Below the pieces are notes generated by a model. That model did not search any database, was not told the origin of the DNA, and worked only from the letters and a program-made list of their open reading frames with translations. Shown here piece by piece: positions 1-11,772 of a DNA stretch of 64,000 nt (position 1 is the first letter of the stretch; every line of letters begins with the position of its first letter). A program made the position numbers and the translations under genes. Source of the stretch: Monocercomonoides exilis PA203 (Eukaryota > Protista > Preaxostyla); NCBI GenBank assembly GCA_001643675.2, contig LSRY02000022.1:558001-622000 (forward strand), written 5' to 3'.

Positions 1-235
1 AAATCATCAAGGATGTTGTTCTTTTTTCTGTATCACTACAGATCCAAACATCCATAAAGTGAACTTTAATGAAAATCAAACTATGGAATAAATAAAGTTG
101 GGAATTACAAATTTCAATTGAACTTTTAATTGAATCATAATCTTTTTGTTTATAAATGTTATTTTGTGGAAATTCATTGTAAAAAAAACTGATGTGGTGT
201 AGTCTATGAATTAAAACTATGTTAAAATAGTATGG

Positions 236-307
236 TTTTTTTTTTTTTTTTGTTTGTTTGTTTTTGTTTTTGTTTTTGTTTTTGTTTTTGTTTTTGTTTT
301 TGTTTTT
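236..307 (+). repeat. Poly-T plus (TTTTTG)n tract
   Basis: Directly visible. Confidence 0.9.
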
Positions 308-571
308 CGTTTCAAACTTATAGTTTCATGCTTCATTTTTGCATGTAATTTATCATTAAACAATTTTTCAATATTATTTTGTATAGGGTCATCTTTTTAT
401 TAGTACTTTTTTCTTTATTGGCACCAAAATTTTTTGAAATGAAAAAAAATTAAAAACACATCAAAATAATACAAAACTCGAATCAATTACTCTTCTAACT
501 TTTCTTTTTCCATTTTCACGTTCAAAGGGGTCAAATTCATCACTTGTTTCATCGTCATTATTCTTAATTTT

Positions 572-2113
572 TCAGAATTTTCTATTCACTTTTTTCTCCA
601 AGGGCAATTCTTCTTCTTCAATTTCATTTTCATTTTCAACATTTTCTTCAATTTCCTTTTCTTTTTCTTCAATTTTCATCTTGTGCTTTTCATTATATTC
701 ATCCCATTCATCAATAAGCTTTTCTTTTGTTATTTCTTTTCCGAAGAAGTAGAAACAATGTGAATGAGAAGGAATGAAGTATTGAGAAGACTGAGGAAGC
801 TTCATAAGAACCGATCCAGATCCATTGCTGAAGACTCCGCTGTTAATGAAGGCTTTTTTGATCACCGATGGGGTGAATGCTGTGTGAAGGGCTTGTGGCA
901 ACACATCTGCAACAGCTGTTCTTTTTGAAGATGAGTATGTGGATGATGGAGAGCTGTAATTGTTTGATAGCTCTGACTTCAACACTGCAAATACGCCTCT
1001 GTCAAGCGGCTGCAAAATGTGTGCAGTGTGTGAAACGAAGGTAACAACGTCTATTTCGGCTTCCTTGAACTGTAACCATATTGTTGGATCTGCACGTAAT
1101 GAGTGCGAGTCCAGGAGAAGAAGGCAACGGTGAGATACCTTCAAGATACGTTTTCTTCTGTAAATGATAACTGGCAGTAGGACTGTTAAGGCGTATTTTT
1201 TGAATGACGTTCTGTCCATCCAGCCGTTTGTGTATGGCCAAATATCAAGCGAAGGTGTTAACAGTGTTGTCAGTTTTTTTGGAAGAGTTGCACTCGGCCA
1301 CAGCACGATAGAAGGAAGCGAGAAGCCATCAGCAGTGATTCCAGTAACGAGAGTAGCATTTGGTATCCTTTCGGCAGTCTTTTTGAACCCAGCTTGTTCA
1401 TATGCGGGATGAACAACAACACCACGTGAAGAAGTTGGAATTCGAAGCGAAGATTCGTTGACATTGAAGATTAATTCCTCTGGGTATTTGTTCTCATCGT
1501 GAAATATTTGTAATTTAGTAAACTTCAGCTTTGAGACTTTCTGGCAAGATGTTGCAAGTCTGTTGATATCAACTTACTTTGAAAATGATGACTTCAATTC
1601 AGGATGGCGCTTTATGAATGCGTGAACCGTCTTCAGAGTTACTGTCTTTTTCTTCTTTTCTTCATTTTCTCCTTCTTCTTTACTATCGTTAATTATATTT
1701 TCCATCTAAATACATATTAATATACAATTCAAATATCAATTACAAACCAGATCACGCACTTTTCGTAATGTGAGGCTTGTCCCAGATCGAGATTCTATTG
1801 TAACTTCTTCCAAGAATTGCTTTTCTTTTTCTCCGCTGATAATTGGTGGATGACCAACTTTTTCAATCGGCCTGCCGTTTTTTATTGCTTTAACAGCGTG
1901 CTCCAAAGATTTTTTGCTGATTCCTCCATATTTAACACCGCCGACCAGCCTGACAGCATTTTTATTCACAATGTGCGCAATCCTTTCTAATCTTGAACTA
2001 TATTTTCTGTAATGCAATGTAGACATTGCTTCCTTCAGCCGCTTCTCCACCGCTTCAGCTTTCTTCTTCACTAGTAATTTCATATGAATATTATGTGTAA
2101 TGATCATTAACAT
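572..2113 (-). pseudogene. Frameshifted pogo/CENP-B-type DDE_1 transposase
   Basis: Motifs LLLLDSH and HTAHILQPLDRGVF. Putative N-terminal DNA-binding exon at 1736-2113, probable intron at about 1706-1748, frameshifts and stops between 1300 and 1600. Confidence 0.85.
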
Positions 2114-2331
2114 ATTTTTTCATTTATTAATTCTCATTAATGAATTTTTAATTAATATTTAAATTTTTGAATGAATTAGAAATATTTCCAAACCTTTGTG
2201 CAGTCCAATTTCTCATGAAAGCTCAATGGAAGGAATTGAACCCCCCCCATTTCCCCCCCATGAGAAATTGGATTTCTTTCAAAATTCAAATATCAAAATA
2301 CTTGACATTTGAATATATACCAAAAATATAT

Positions 2332-2571
2332 GTCTAAATTTTTTTGAAAAGTTCCTTTAGTTTAATTTTCTTATAAAATTAAAATTTCATATTTCAATCA
2401 ATTTTTTGTTCCTACTCAAGAAACTTCACCAAAGTGGAAACAAATCCAAAAGAATGTTATCATTACCGTTTTTGTGAAGTTTCTTGAGTAGGAACAAAAA
2501 ATTGATGAAAATATGAAATTTTTGTTATATTAGAAAATTAAACAAAAGGAACTTTTCAAAAAAATATAGAC
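2332..2571. mobile_element. About 240-bp MITE nested in the pogo element, ATAT TSD
   Basis: About 100-bp imperfect inverted arms (GTCTAAATTTTTTTGAAAAGTTCC...CTCAAGAAACTTCAC / GTGAAGTTTCTTGAG...GGAACTTTTCAAAAAAATATAGAC) with ATAT on both sides (2328-2331, 2572-2575). Confidence 0.8.
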
Positions 2572-3214
2572 ATATTTAAAAATATCACTTGTGGATCAAA
2601 TTAATTTTTATTTAAAAAAAAGTGCCAATAAAGAAAAAAGTGCCAATAAAAAGATGACACTAATATTATGAGATTTTCGCAATATTATAATGAGGGAAAA
2701 AACCCGCTATATGGCATTTTCTTTCGAATTAATCAACAAATTTCATATGTGTGAAAGCTTATTGCATTGAAACTCCACAGTCAACTTCTACATGTCTAAT
2801 ATTAAGTTTTTCGAATGAAAAATTGAAAAAAACGTGAATTCAACATTCCATAAAAAACAAAATTGTGGTCAAATTTCTTCCTTTAATATGGGGCAAAATA
2901 TTCTTCTTCAGGCATTTTCATAGAAAATATTATGTGCTTTTCATTGACTTTTTGAGATCAAAAAACACATATAAATGTAACCATTTTTTGACATTCGTGA
3001 TATGACACAACACTTTATGTTTTGATTTCAATAATTCCTGTTTACGGATATGAAAATCGAATTTATTTAGAAATATGAGAAAGCGAAATAAAGTTTGAGT
3101 GAAGCATTTTTTTGTGCTTTGTGCAAAAAAAACTTTAAAGTGTGTATTTTTTCCCATTTCAATAAAAATTTATTTAAAAAAAATTAAAAGTTCATTTCTA
3201 ATATTTTTTTATGT

Positions 3215-4736
3215 ATGAGTGTTGTGTTTCAAAGAAAAGAAATTGGACTAACGAAATTGAGAGATTTGATGAAATCTTTCCAGTATCGTCAAATCAAAAA
3301 TCGATTAGTACGTATCGCCACAATCATTGCTGATGGGAAATGCCGTGTCACTGACGCTGTTAATCTGAATGAATTCTCTCGTTCATCGATAAACCAAGCC
3401 GTAAATGCTGTTGAAAAGTGTTGAATCGTGGGAAAAGTTGGTCGACCAGAGCTGTTCACCAAAGAAGACAAAGAGGTGATAACCGGAGTCATCAGAATCG
3501 AAAGAATGACAGGAGTGTGTTATTCTTTAACCAAAACAAAACAATTGGTTTGCTTTATTATTTTTTTTTATAAGTATTTATTATTAATAATAATGATAAA
3601 TGGAATCGGTGCAAACCGACAGAAAAATTCGAAGTGGAGAAGAAGAACAAGAAGTTAAAATTTCAAAATCAACTCCGTATTCGTTTGCTAAACGAAATCC
3701 AGACCTATAGACATCCATTCCTCATAACGTTGATATTCAACGATTATCGGTATCCAAAAAGCAGTCTCTTCAACCTTTCTTCTCTCTTCTTCAATCACTT
3801 TATGATTCCCACAAATACTCTCCTTCTCTCATCTTCAACACCGACGAATTCTCTTTTCGTCTCTTTGACAATACAAAACAGCTTGTCGTTCATCATTTAG
3901 ATGTTCCAGTCGGGTTTTTCAAAATACCAATCAACATGCCAAACTCCACCATTGTGGTTGCAGTTGCAGCTGATGGTTATTCTTTCCAAGCCTTGTTCTT
4001 TGGCCATCCAAAAAACTTCCACAAGAAATGAAGGCCCTGCTCAGCCCGCAGCTTCACGCCTGTGCAGATAATGAAGGATGGATGACTGATGCCTTGTTTG
4101 CTCGCTATGATGAAGCGATACTGCTGCTTGGAATTGTTCAAAGAAGAAAATTGCCAGATATGAATGAAGGCTGATGCTAACTTTTCTTGGATTCTCAAAC
4201 TTCAAGAGCACAGTCAGATCTGTGGCAAAAATTTGAAGATGAATCAATTGATGTAGTTTCATTAATTCCACACAGCACTCATCAAACACGGCCACTTGAC
4301 TGCGGAGTTTTTACTGTATTTAAAAGATGTTTCAATTCAAACTTTGTTGTTCCATCTTCTTCTTCGATCGCACTCAGACGAAAAGCAGTTACAAATGCCT
4401 TGCCACATGTTTTGCAAACTGCATTGCTTCCTTCAACAATTCATTCTGTATTTGAAAAGAGCGGTGTGTTGTCTGGGCAATCGAATTCTGTATTTGTGAA
4501 GTTACCTGACACTCCTTCTGTTCAACAGAAAAAAAAAACCTGTCGTTTCAATTTCCATGAGATAAATTTTTCCGACCAAGCATTTTTTTGATGAATGGAA
4601 AGCATACAAAAAGATAAAAGATGAAAAGAAAATTGATGATTCTGCCGAAGAAAAAATTGAAAAAGATTTGTTTTCAGAAGAGAAGTCGAAAAAAAGAAAA
4701 ATATCCAAATCCCAAATTTTAAAAGATGATGATTAA
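3215..4736 (+). pseudogene. Second degenerate pogo/DDE_1 transposase
   Basis: Motif HSTHQTRPLDCGVF and similarity to the 572-2113 copy (GKVGRP vs EKVGHP; ALPHVLQTA vs VLPQALHTA). Multiple stops and frameshifts. TIRs not identified. Confidence 0.8.
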
Positions 4737-5333
4737 GAAGTTGATAATGAACGAAGAAATCCAAGAAAAATAATTAAAAGAGAATTTATGGATTTTATTA
4801 ACGATTGATTGTCACAATTTTTGAAAATTCTGCAAGCAATTTTTTTTAAATATTTATTTTTTTATTAAAAAATAAATATTATGTCCTGATAATTAAATCA
4901 CCCAATGCTCCTTCCTATGTTTTTTTCAGTATAAATATTTGGGTTGATTTGAACAAATACGCTTCTTTTGATATTAACATATTTCATTTATGCTTAACCC
5001 ACTTTATTTTCATTTAACCAGGATGTTTGAATTGAAGAAGAGAATTCAAATTTCATCAAATTATTAAAGAATTTTTGAATATTTTTTGACTTTTAAGATA
5101 ACGTGATTTTCTGAAAAACATCACACTGCCAATACATTTGCATGAAAACTTGAAAAAGCAATCGTGTGATTAACAAATATAGTTGATAATTTTAAAAAAA
5201 GATCACAATGAACCGTTATACATATTTCTTATTTATTAAAGCATGTAAGCTTTATTTTTTCAAAGTTGAATAAATTCCTTTTTTTTTTAGAGATTTTTTT
5301 TTAAATATTTAAGCAAAAAGGTGCATAGTTTAA

Positions 5334-6195
5334 ATGCAACCTCCAAGCCCGTTGGTTTGAATTTCTTAATTTGATATCATATGAGGCAATCAGTTTATAT
5401 TCAAAAAACATTTTCCAGGATTATGTTTATTTAGCTGATGTTATTGATTGGTGCGTTTCTCAATCTTTGAAAGAAATTTTGTTGGAGAAAAACAGACCTT
5501 TTCAAGATTTTATTTTACCAAGACTTCCACAATTATTGCCAGAGGAATATTTCGCTTTTATAAAGTACTGGCTCCAATCTCGAAGCACTGAACATGAACA
5601 GCTTTTGTTTGACGATATTTTTTATATTTGATTTGAAACACAGTTTTAATTTGAATATTTTTGTATTATTTATGATGACGAACTTGTAATAGACAAAAAG
5701 AGGAACCATTTCACTTAACTACTGCTATAGTTTTGGATGCGCTTCATTTTTATCGAAAAATCAATCCTCTTTCTTTCCCCAACACACCTGTTTTGAACGA
5801 ACTTAAAGCAACCGAACAATCACAAATATCAAAAGGAAAGCAAAGTTTAGCCCATGTTAGTCTGCAAGCGGAACCACAACCCCAACCAAAGAAATTGTTA
5901 CCAAAGCCGAAAGTCGATAATGCACCACACGTTCCAATAGAGAACGTTGTTGATGAGAAACCTGAAGTCAAAGGGAAAAGGAGGCTACCGACGAAATCTC
6001 CTCGCCGTGGCTCTACAAGTGCCAATAGCAGCTCTGCTTCTTCCTCTTCCTCTTCCTCTTCCTCTTTCTCTTCTTCTTCTTCCTCCTCCTCTTCCTTGTC
6101 TTCGTCGCATGTATCATCTGCCAAGCGCTTTGTGAGTGTAGGGAAGCCGGCGAGTGTGAAAGTTGGAACACATTTGACATCAACTGCTTCTAATC

Positions 6196-6238
<43 letters not shown>

Positions 6239-8930
6239 TTCTTCTTCTTCCTCTTCCTCTTCCTCTTCCTCCTCCTCCTCCTCCTCCTCCTCTTCTTCTT
6301 TTGCTTCAAAGCAGGAACAGACAAACAGCACATCATCTGGATCTTCACAAACAACTTCAGGGGAAGGTACTCAAATTGCTTCTGGTTCAAATTCAGATAT
6401 TCATTCTTCTTCCTCTTCTTCCTCTTCATCTTCCTCCACCTCTTCTCTTTCCTCTTCCTCTTCCTCCTCTTCTTCTTCCTCTTCCAATTCTCTTTCCCAT
6501 CCTCAGAATGTCAATCAGCCAGTTCATTTTCCTTCTTCTGTCCCACCTCCTCCCCCGCCTCCCCCGCCTCCTCCACCTCCTCCAGCTCACAATCTCCCCC
6601 AAACAAAAGCACAAATGTTGGAAAATAAACAGAAAATAGAGGAAAAAATGAACAAAGGAGAAAAAGAAGTAAAAGAAGTGAAAGAAGAAGGAAAGAAAGA
6701 GGAAGAAAAAGAAGAAAAAGAAAAAGAAAAAGAAGGAGAAAAAGAAAAAGAAGAAGAAAAAGCGAAGATTGGAGCTGATAACAACAAAGCAGAATTAGAA
6801 ATGAATGAAATGAAAGAAAAGAAAGAAGGGAATGGAAGGGAGAAAGAAGAAAGCTCAGAAATTGCTAAGACACCTCCTCCACCGCCGTTGGATGAAGAGG
6901 AAGAAGAAGAGGAAGAAGAAGAGGAAGGAAAGGAAGGAGAAAAAGAGAAAGAAGAAGAAGAAGAAGAAGAAGAAAGAAAAGAAGAAGGAAGCGATAATAT
7001 AAAAGGAAATAAATCCAATGAACCAGAATCCAATACGAAAACAAGCAAAACAAGCAAAAAAACTCAAAATCAAACAAAAACAACAGAAAAACAACCAGAA
7101 AGACAGCCAGAAAATCCGTTTGCTTCGATTTCAGCGTCAGTTGAAGAAGACGAAGAGACGAAGAAGAAGAAGAAGAAAAAGGAAGAAGAAGAAAGAGAAA
7201 GAGAAATCGCAGCGAATTTCAAGTTTAGCATACCTCCACCGATTCCGCCGCCGCCGATAGCAGAAGGGGCGGGGAAGGAAGAGGAGAAAGAAGAAGAAGG
7301 AAAAGAGAAAGAAGAGAAAGAAGAAGAAGGAAAGGAAAAGGAAAAGGAAAAGGAAGAGGAAGAGGAAGAGAAAGAGAAAGAAAAACAACAGAAAAATGCA
7401 ACTTCTCATTCGATTCCACCACAACTGCCTTCAACCCCTCCAAACCTTTCTCGTTTCTTAGCTCTGCAAAACAACAAAAACACCCAAAATAGCCAAGTCA
7501 ATGAAAACAACAGCAAATTAAGTGAAAATGCAGAAGTTAACCAAAATAGCCAAATAAATCAAATAAATCAGAATATTCAAAGTAATCAAAACACTCCTCT
7601 TTCTCTCTCTTTGCCTGAAATGTCACCTCCTCCTCTGTCTGAATGCCAAACACCCGACTTACCCCCGCCACCACCTTTGGATGAAATTGACGAAGAAATT
7701 CTCGGAGAAACGGAGAAATACGGTTCTGTTGTTGGCTCTTCTTCTTCTTCTTCTGCTTCTTCTACGTTTGGTGTGTTGAAGGAGCATCCACTTGTTTTGG
7801 AGTCAGTTTCAATGAAAAGTTCTTCTTCATTGGGGAAAATGAATGAAAAACAAGAAGAAGAAGGAAAAGAAGAAGGAAAAGAAGAAGAAGAATTGTTGAC
7901 CTCCAATCTTCAGAAGAAGGAGAAGGAGGAGAAGAATGAGGGAGAAATGAATGGAAATTCATCAACTGATTCACCTGGTGAGTTGAGCATTGGCTTAGAT
8001 ACACCTCCTCCTCCGCCTCCGCCTGGAGAAGATGAAGAAGATGAAGGAGAGGAAGGAGAAAGAGAGGAAGGAAATGAAGAAGGAAAAGAAGAAATTTCAA
8101 ACAAACAAACTAACATTTCTTCAACTTCTTATTCTTCCTCCTCTTCCTCTTCTTCTTCCATCCAAAATGAAATTTCTTCATCTTCCTCCTCCTCCTCCTC
8201 TTCCTCCTCTTCAATAGATACCCCTTCCCGTGCTTCAGTGATGGCGCGCTTTGGAAGAGGGCAGCCAATGCTGTGTGTTGGAGGTATTATGCCAAAGCTA
8301 AGACACGTTAAAGAACCAAGTGAATTAAGCAATTCTTCTTCTACATTGAATTCTGCTTCTTCTTCCCCTTCTCCTTCCCCTTCTGCATCGCCTTCTCATT
8401 CTCCGGTTCATTCCAGAACTAATTCTCGTTCTTCTTCTTCTTCATTTAATTCTTCTTCTTCTTCCTCTTCTTCCTCTGATCTTTCATCTTCTCATGCTCC
8501 TTCTCCTTCTTCCTCCCCCAAACCCGAAGACGCAGGTGAAGCTGCACAACAAAACAAATCAAATGAAGGAGAAATAACAACACAGTCATCACAACCAGCC
8601 CAACCAATTCAGCCAATGCTTCCACGAGGCATCGGAGCAATTGGAGGCGTTGGAGGTTTGCCTGGTTTCAGTGGCAACCCCATCGCAGCTGCAGCCGCTC
8701 TTGCTGCTTCAAACCGACCCGCATTGCGTTCATCAGTGAATCGAATGAAGAAAGAAGAAGAAGAGAAAACGAAAAAACAGGTTGTGGCAAAAGAAGATCC
8801 GAGATTTGCGCAGTATTTCCAGAAGTTGGCGTCTGGAGTGCCGAAGAAGATGGTGCAGAAGATAATGACGAACAATGGGCTGGATCCAGAGGTGCTGAAC
8901 AAGCCGGATGAGGTGATACCGCCGGATTAA
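5334..8930 (+). CDS. Proline/Ser/Glu-rich protein with C-terminal CCDC53 (WASHC3)-like domain, probable actin-regulatory protein
   Basis: Exons 5334-5354, 5419-5606 and 5693-8930 join in frame through GTTTGA...AG introns. Several poly-Pro tracts. C-terminus KEDPRFAQYFQKLASGVPKKMVQKIMTNNGLDPEVLNKPD resembles the CCDC53 C-terminal motif. Confidence 0.75.
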
Positions 8931-9250
8931 GAGGAAGGAAGGAGAAGGAAGAGGGAGGAGGAGAAGAGGAGAAGAAGGAGGGAGGAGAAGAGAAGGGGAG
9001 AAGGGGAGAAGGGGAGAAGAGGAGAAGGGGAGAAGGGGAGAAGGGGAAGGAAGAGGAAGAGGAAGAGGATTAAGGAGGAGAAGATGTTAATGAAGAAGGA
9101 GAAGAAGAGGAGAAGGAATAAGAGAAGAGATTAGAAGAGATTTGAACAGAAGAGAAAACGAGAAAAGAAGAAAAGAAGAAAGAGAGAAAGAGAGAAAGAG
9201 AGAAAGAGAGAGAAAAGAAAGAAAGAAAGAAAGAAGAAGAAGAAAAAATA
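8931..9250 (+). repeat. Purine (GA)-rich low-complexity tract in the probable 3' UTR
   Basis: GGAGAAG/GAGAAA-type repeats directly after the stop codon, followed by a pyrimidine-rich tract at about 9380-9495. Confidence 0.7.
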
Positions 9251-10077
9251 ATGTCTTTCTTTTTGTTTTTTTTAAGCTTTTTCTTGTGAATAAATACTAA
9301 GTCTTCTGTGATTGTAATTGTTATGAGAATTCTGTCTTCTTTTTATTCCTGTCAAAATCTTTATTATTATTATTATCCTTTCTTTCTTTCTTTCTTCTTT
9401 TTTTCTTCTTTCTTTCTTTCTGTATTAATTTTCGTTTTATTTCTCTTTTTCTATTTATTTCTTTTTCTCTTTTCTTTTCTTTTCTTTCTTTTTTAAAAAT
9501 CAAATCAATTATTGTTTTATTTTTTTCAATATGGGAAGAAATTTTTTAATTCATTAAAAAAATCATGTTTTGTTCCAAACTTATTCGGCACACATATCAC
9601 AATGTGTATAACATTATTGCACAAAAAAATATTTGAAATGGAATCCATAATTATAATTTATTAAAATATTTGAAAACAAGCGTGATATTTAAAGAAGTAA
9701 CAGAAAAAGACATGTGAAAGGTGTGATTATGATTTTTACCTTTGTATTTAAATGCGTTGAATGTGAATAGAAGTTTCATAGTATTGTCAATGCTACGGGC
9801 ACTGATTTCAAATGAACGGTAAATATTAACGCATAATTATTGTATCTGCTTTCGGATAACTTATACATACAAACGGAAAACTCTACGAGGACATTAAAAC
9901 AAAAAGATTTACGAATACAAAAAATTTTCAGGAAGGATTTTTCAGAAGAAGATATATAATTATCTGTTTGGAAATAATCACCTTTATTCCTTCGTCTTAT
10001 TGTTTCTCTTCATCATCTTTAACATTTTCATCATCAAAGCCAACACATCACCCAATTCATTCCTCCACCCTCTCCAA

Positions 10078-11738
10078 CTACAACACTTTAGCCACTATCA
10101 TCGTCTGCGACTTCGCCTTTGTTTCTTCTCTTCTGGCACACTTCTGCGCCCCTGTCACTTCTCCTATTTCTTCCTGCCTTCCATCGCTCTCTGAGATATC
10201 TGCCTTTGCTGAGGGCTCTTGTTCTTCACATCCTTGTTCAGAACTTCCTGCAAATGAATTTGTGGAGTATGTCTCGCTCCATTTAACAGATGAGAAAAAT
10301 GATACGACAATAATACTGCTGCTGATTACACTTGATGTTCCATTGTGCTGAATGGACTTGTGCTGTTTGCAGTGGGGAAGATGGCATTTCGGAAGAAGAA
10401 AGAGGAGGAGAAGGAGAAGGAGAAGATGGAGGAAGAGAATTTGAAATATCATCCGGAAGAAGAATGGAAGAATGATCGGGTAAAGACTCAACTGAAGGAA
10501 GAATAGAGGAAGGATCAGGAAGAGGGAGAGAAGAAGAAGAAGAAGAAGAAGAAGAAGAAGAAGATGATGATGATGATGATTGCTGAGCCAAATCAGACGG
10601 ATGCTTCACAATTGGGAAGAATGAGTCAGCAATAATTCTCATTGCTGCTATTTCGTTTGAGGCTTTCAACTTGCCATCGCTCCAAAATAGCGCATCAAGC
10701 ACAGCAACAGCAACCTGAGGAAACGAAGACACAGAAATGCTGATGAAAGCGAGGACGAGCGACTGCGTTGGCACATTCTGCAGGTAGTCGAAGAAGAAGA
10801 TGAGGTTGTGCAAAAGCGGACAGAAAAGATTAGCTTCGTGCAATGCGCGAATGAAAAGAGGATAAGCTGAACTGCATTCATAAAACAGAAGAAGCGTCGA
10901 ATCGATGTTGCATTTTCTTGCAAAATACTCTTTTCTGTTTGGGAATTCTTCTGTGTGTGTTGATTTTACACAATGCTTGAAAGCGCTGAGAGGAATGGAA
11001 TAAGAAGAGGAGGAAGAAGAGGAGGAAGAAGAGGAGGAAGAAGAAGAGGAGGAGAAATAAGAAGAATAAGAAGATGAAAGAGTCGAATAAAGACTTCTTT
11101 TTAACTTGGTAGATAAATAGACAGCTATTTTCTTAGCAAACACTGGAGAAGAGTGGGACAACACACTCAATCCATCCATCAGGCCTTTCACTGCATCCAA
11201 AGAAGAAGAAGAAGAAGAAGAACAATTGTTAATTTCAAGCAACCGAACAAGGCTTGTTTCCAATGCATTGCAGAAACTATCAGAAACAAGAGGATTTGAA
11301 GAAGAAGAAGAGGAAGAAGAAGAAGAAGATGCAGACGAAGAGGATGGCGCACTAGAAAGAGCCAAAGAAGTGTCTGGCAAATTAGTCTGGTTGATTGCAA
11401 TGCAGTTGACAATCCAAACATGCAAATGAGCCATTCCTTCAAAGATAACGCTGTTCGCATTCTGTTTTGCCTTAAACTTTGCACTTTCATCCACAACACA
11501 CCCAGTAAACACCTTCAAAAACGCTTCCGCATAAAACTCGTTCAGAATCACGTTCTGCAGATTGTCTGAGGCGAGCGAGGCAAACAAATCAGAAGTGGCA
11601 GAGTTGGCTGTCGGAGGAAGGACTGTAGCAAGAGATATGCACGGCACCAGGTCATGAGGGAGCTGGAGAACAGACACGTGTTCTGAGTGGAATGTTGGAT
11701 ATGCAGCTGTTGATGATAATGATGAGGAGGAGGAAGAG

Positions 11739-11772
<34 letters not shown>

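Larger units (their letters stand above)
386..2660 (-). mobile_element. pogo-like (Tc1/mariner superfamily) DNA transposon with 39-bp TIRs and TA target-site duplication
   Basis: Left end TA|GGGTCATCTTTTTATTAGTACTTTTTTCTTTATTGGCAC (386-424) is the reverse complement, with 3 mismatches, of GTGCCAATAAAGAAAAAAGTGCCAATAAAAAGATGACAC|TA (2622-2660). The ends enclose a DDE_1 transposase remnant. Confidence 0.85.
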
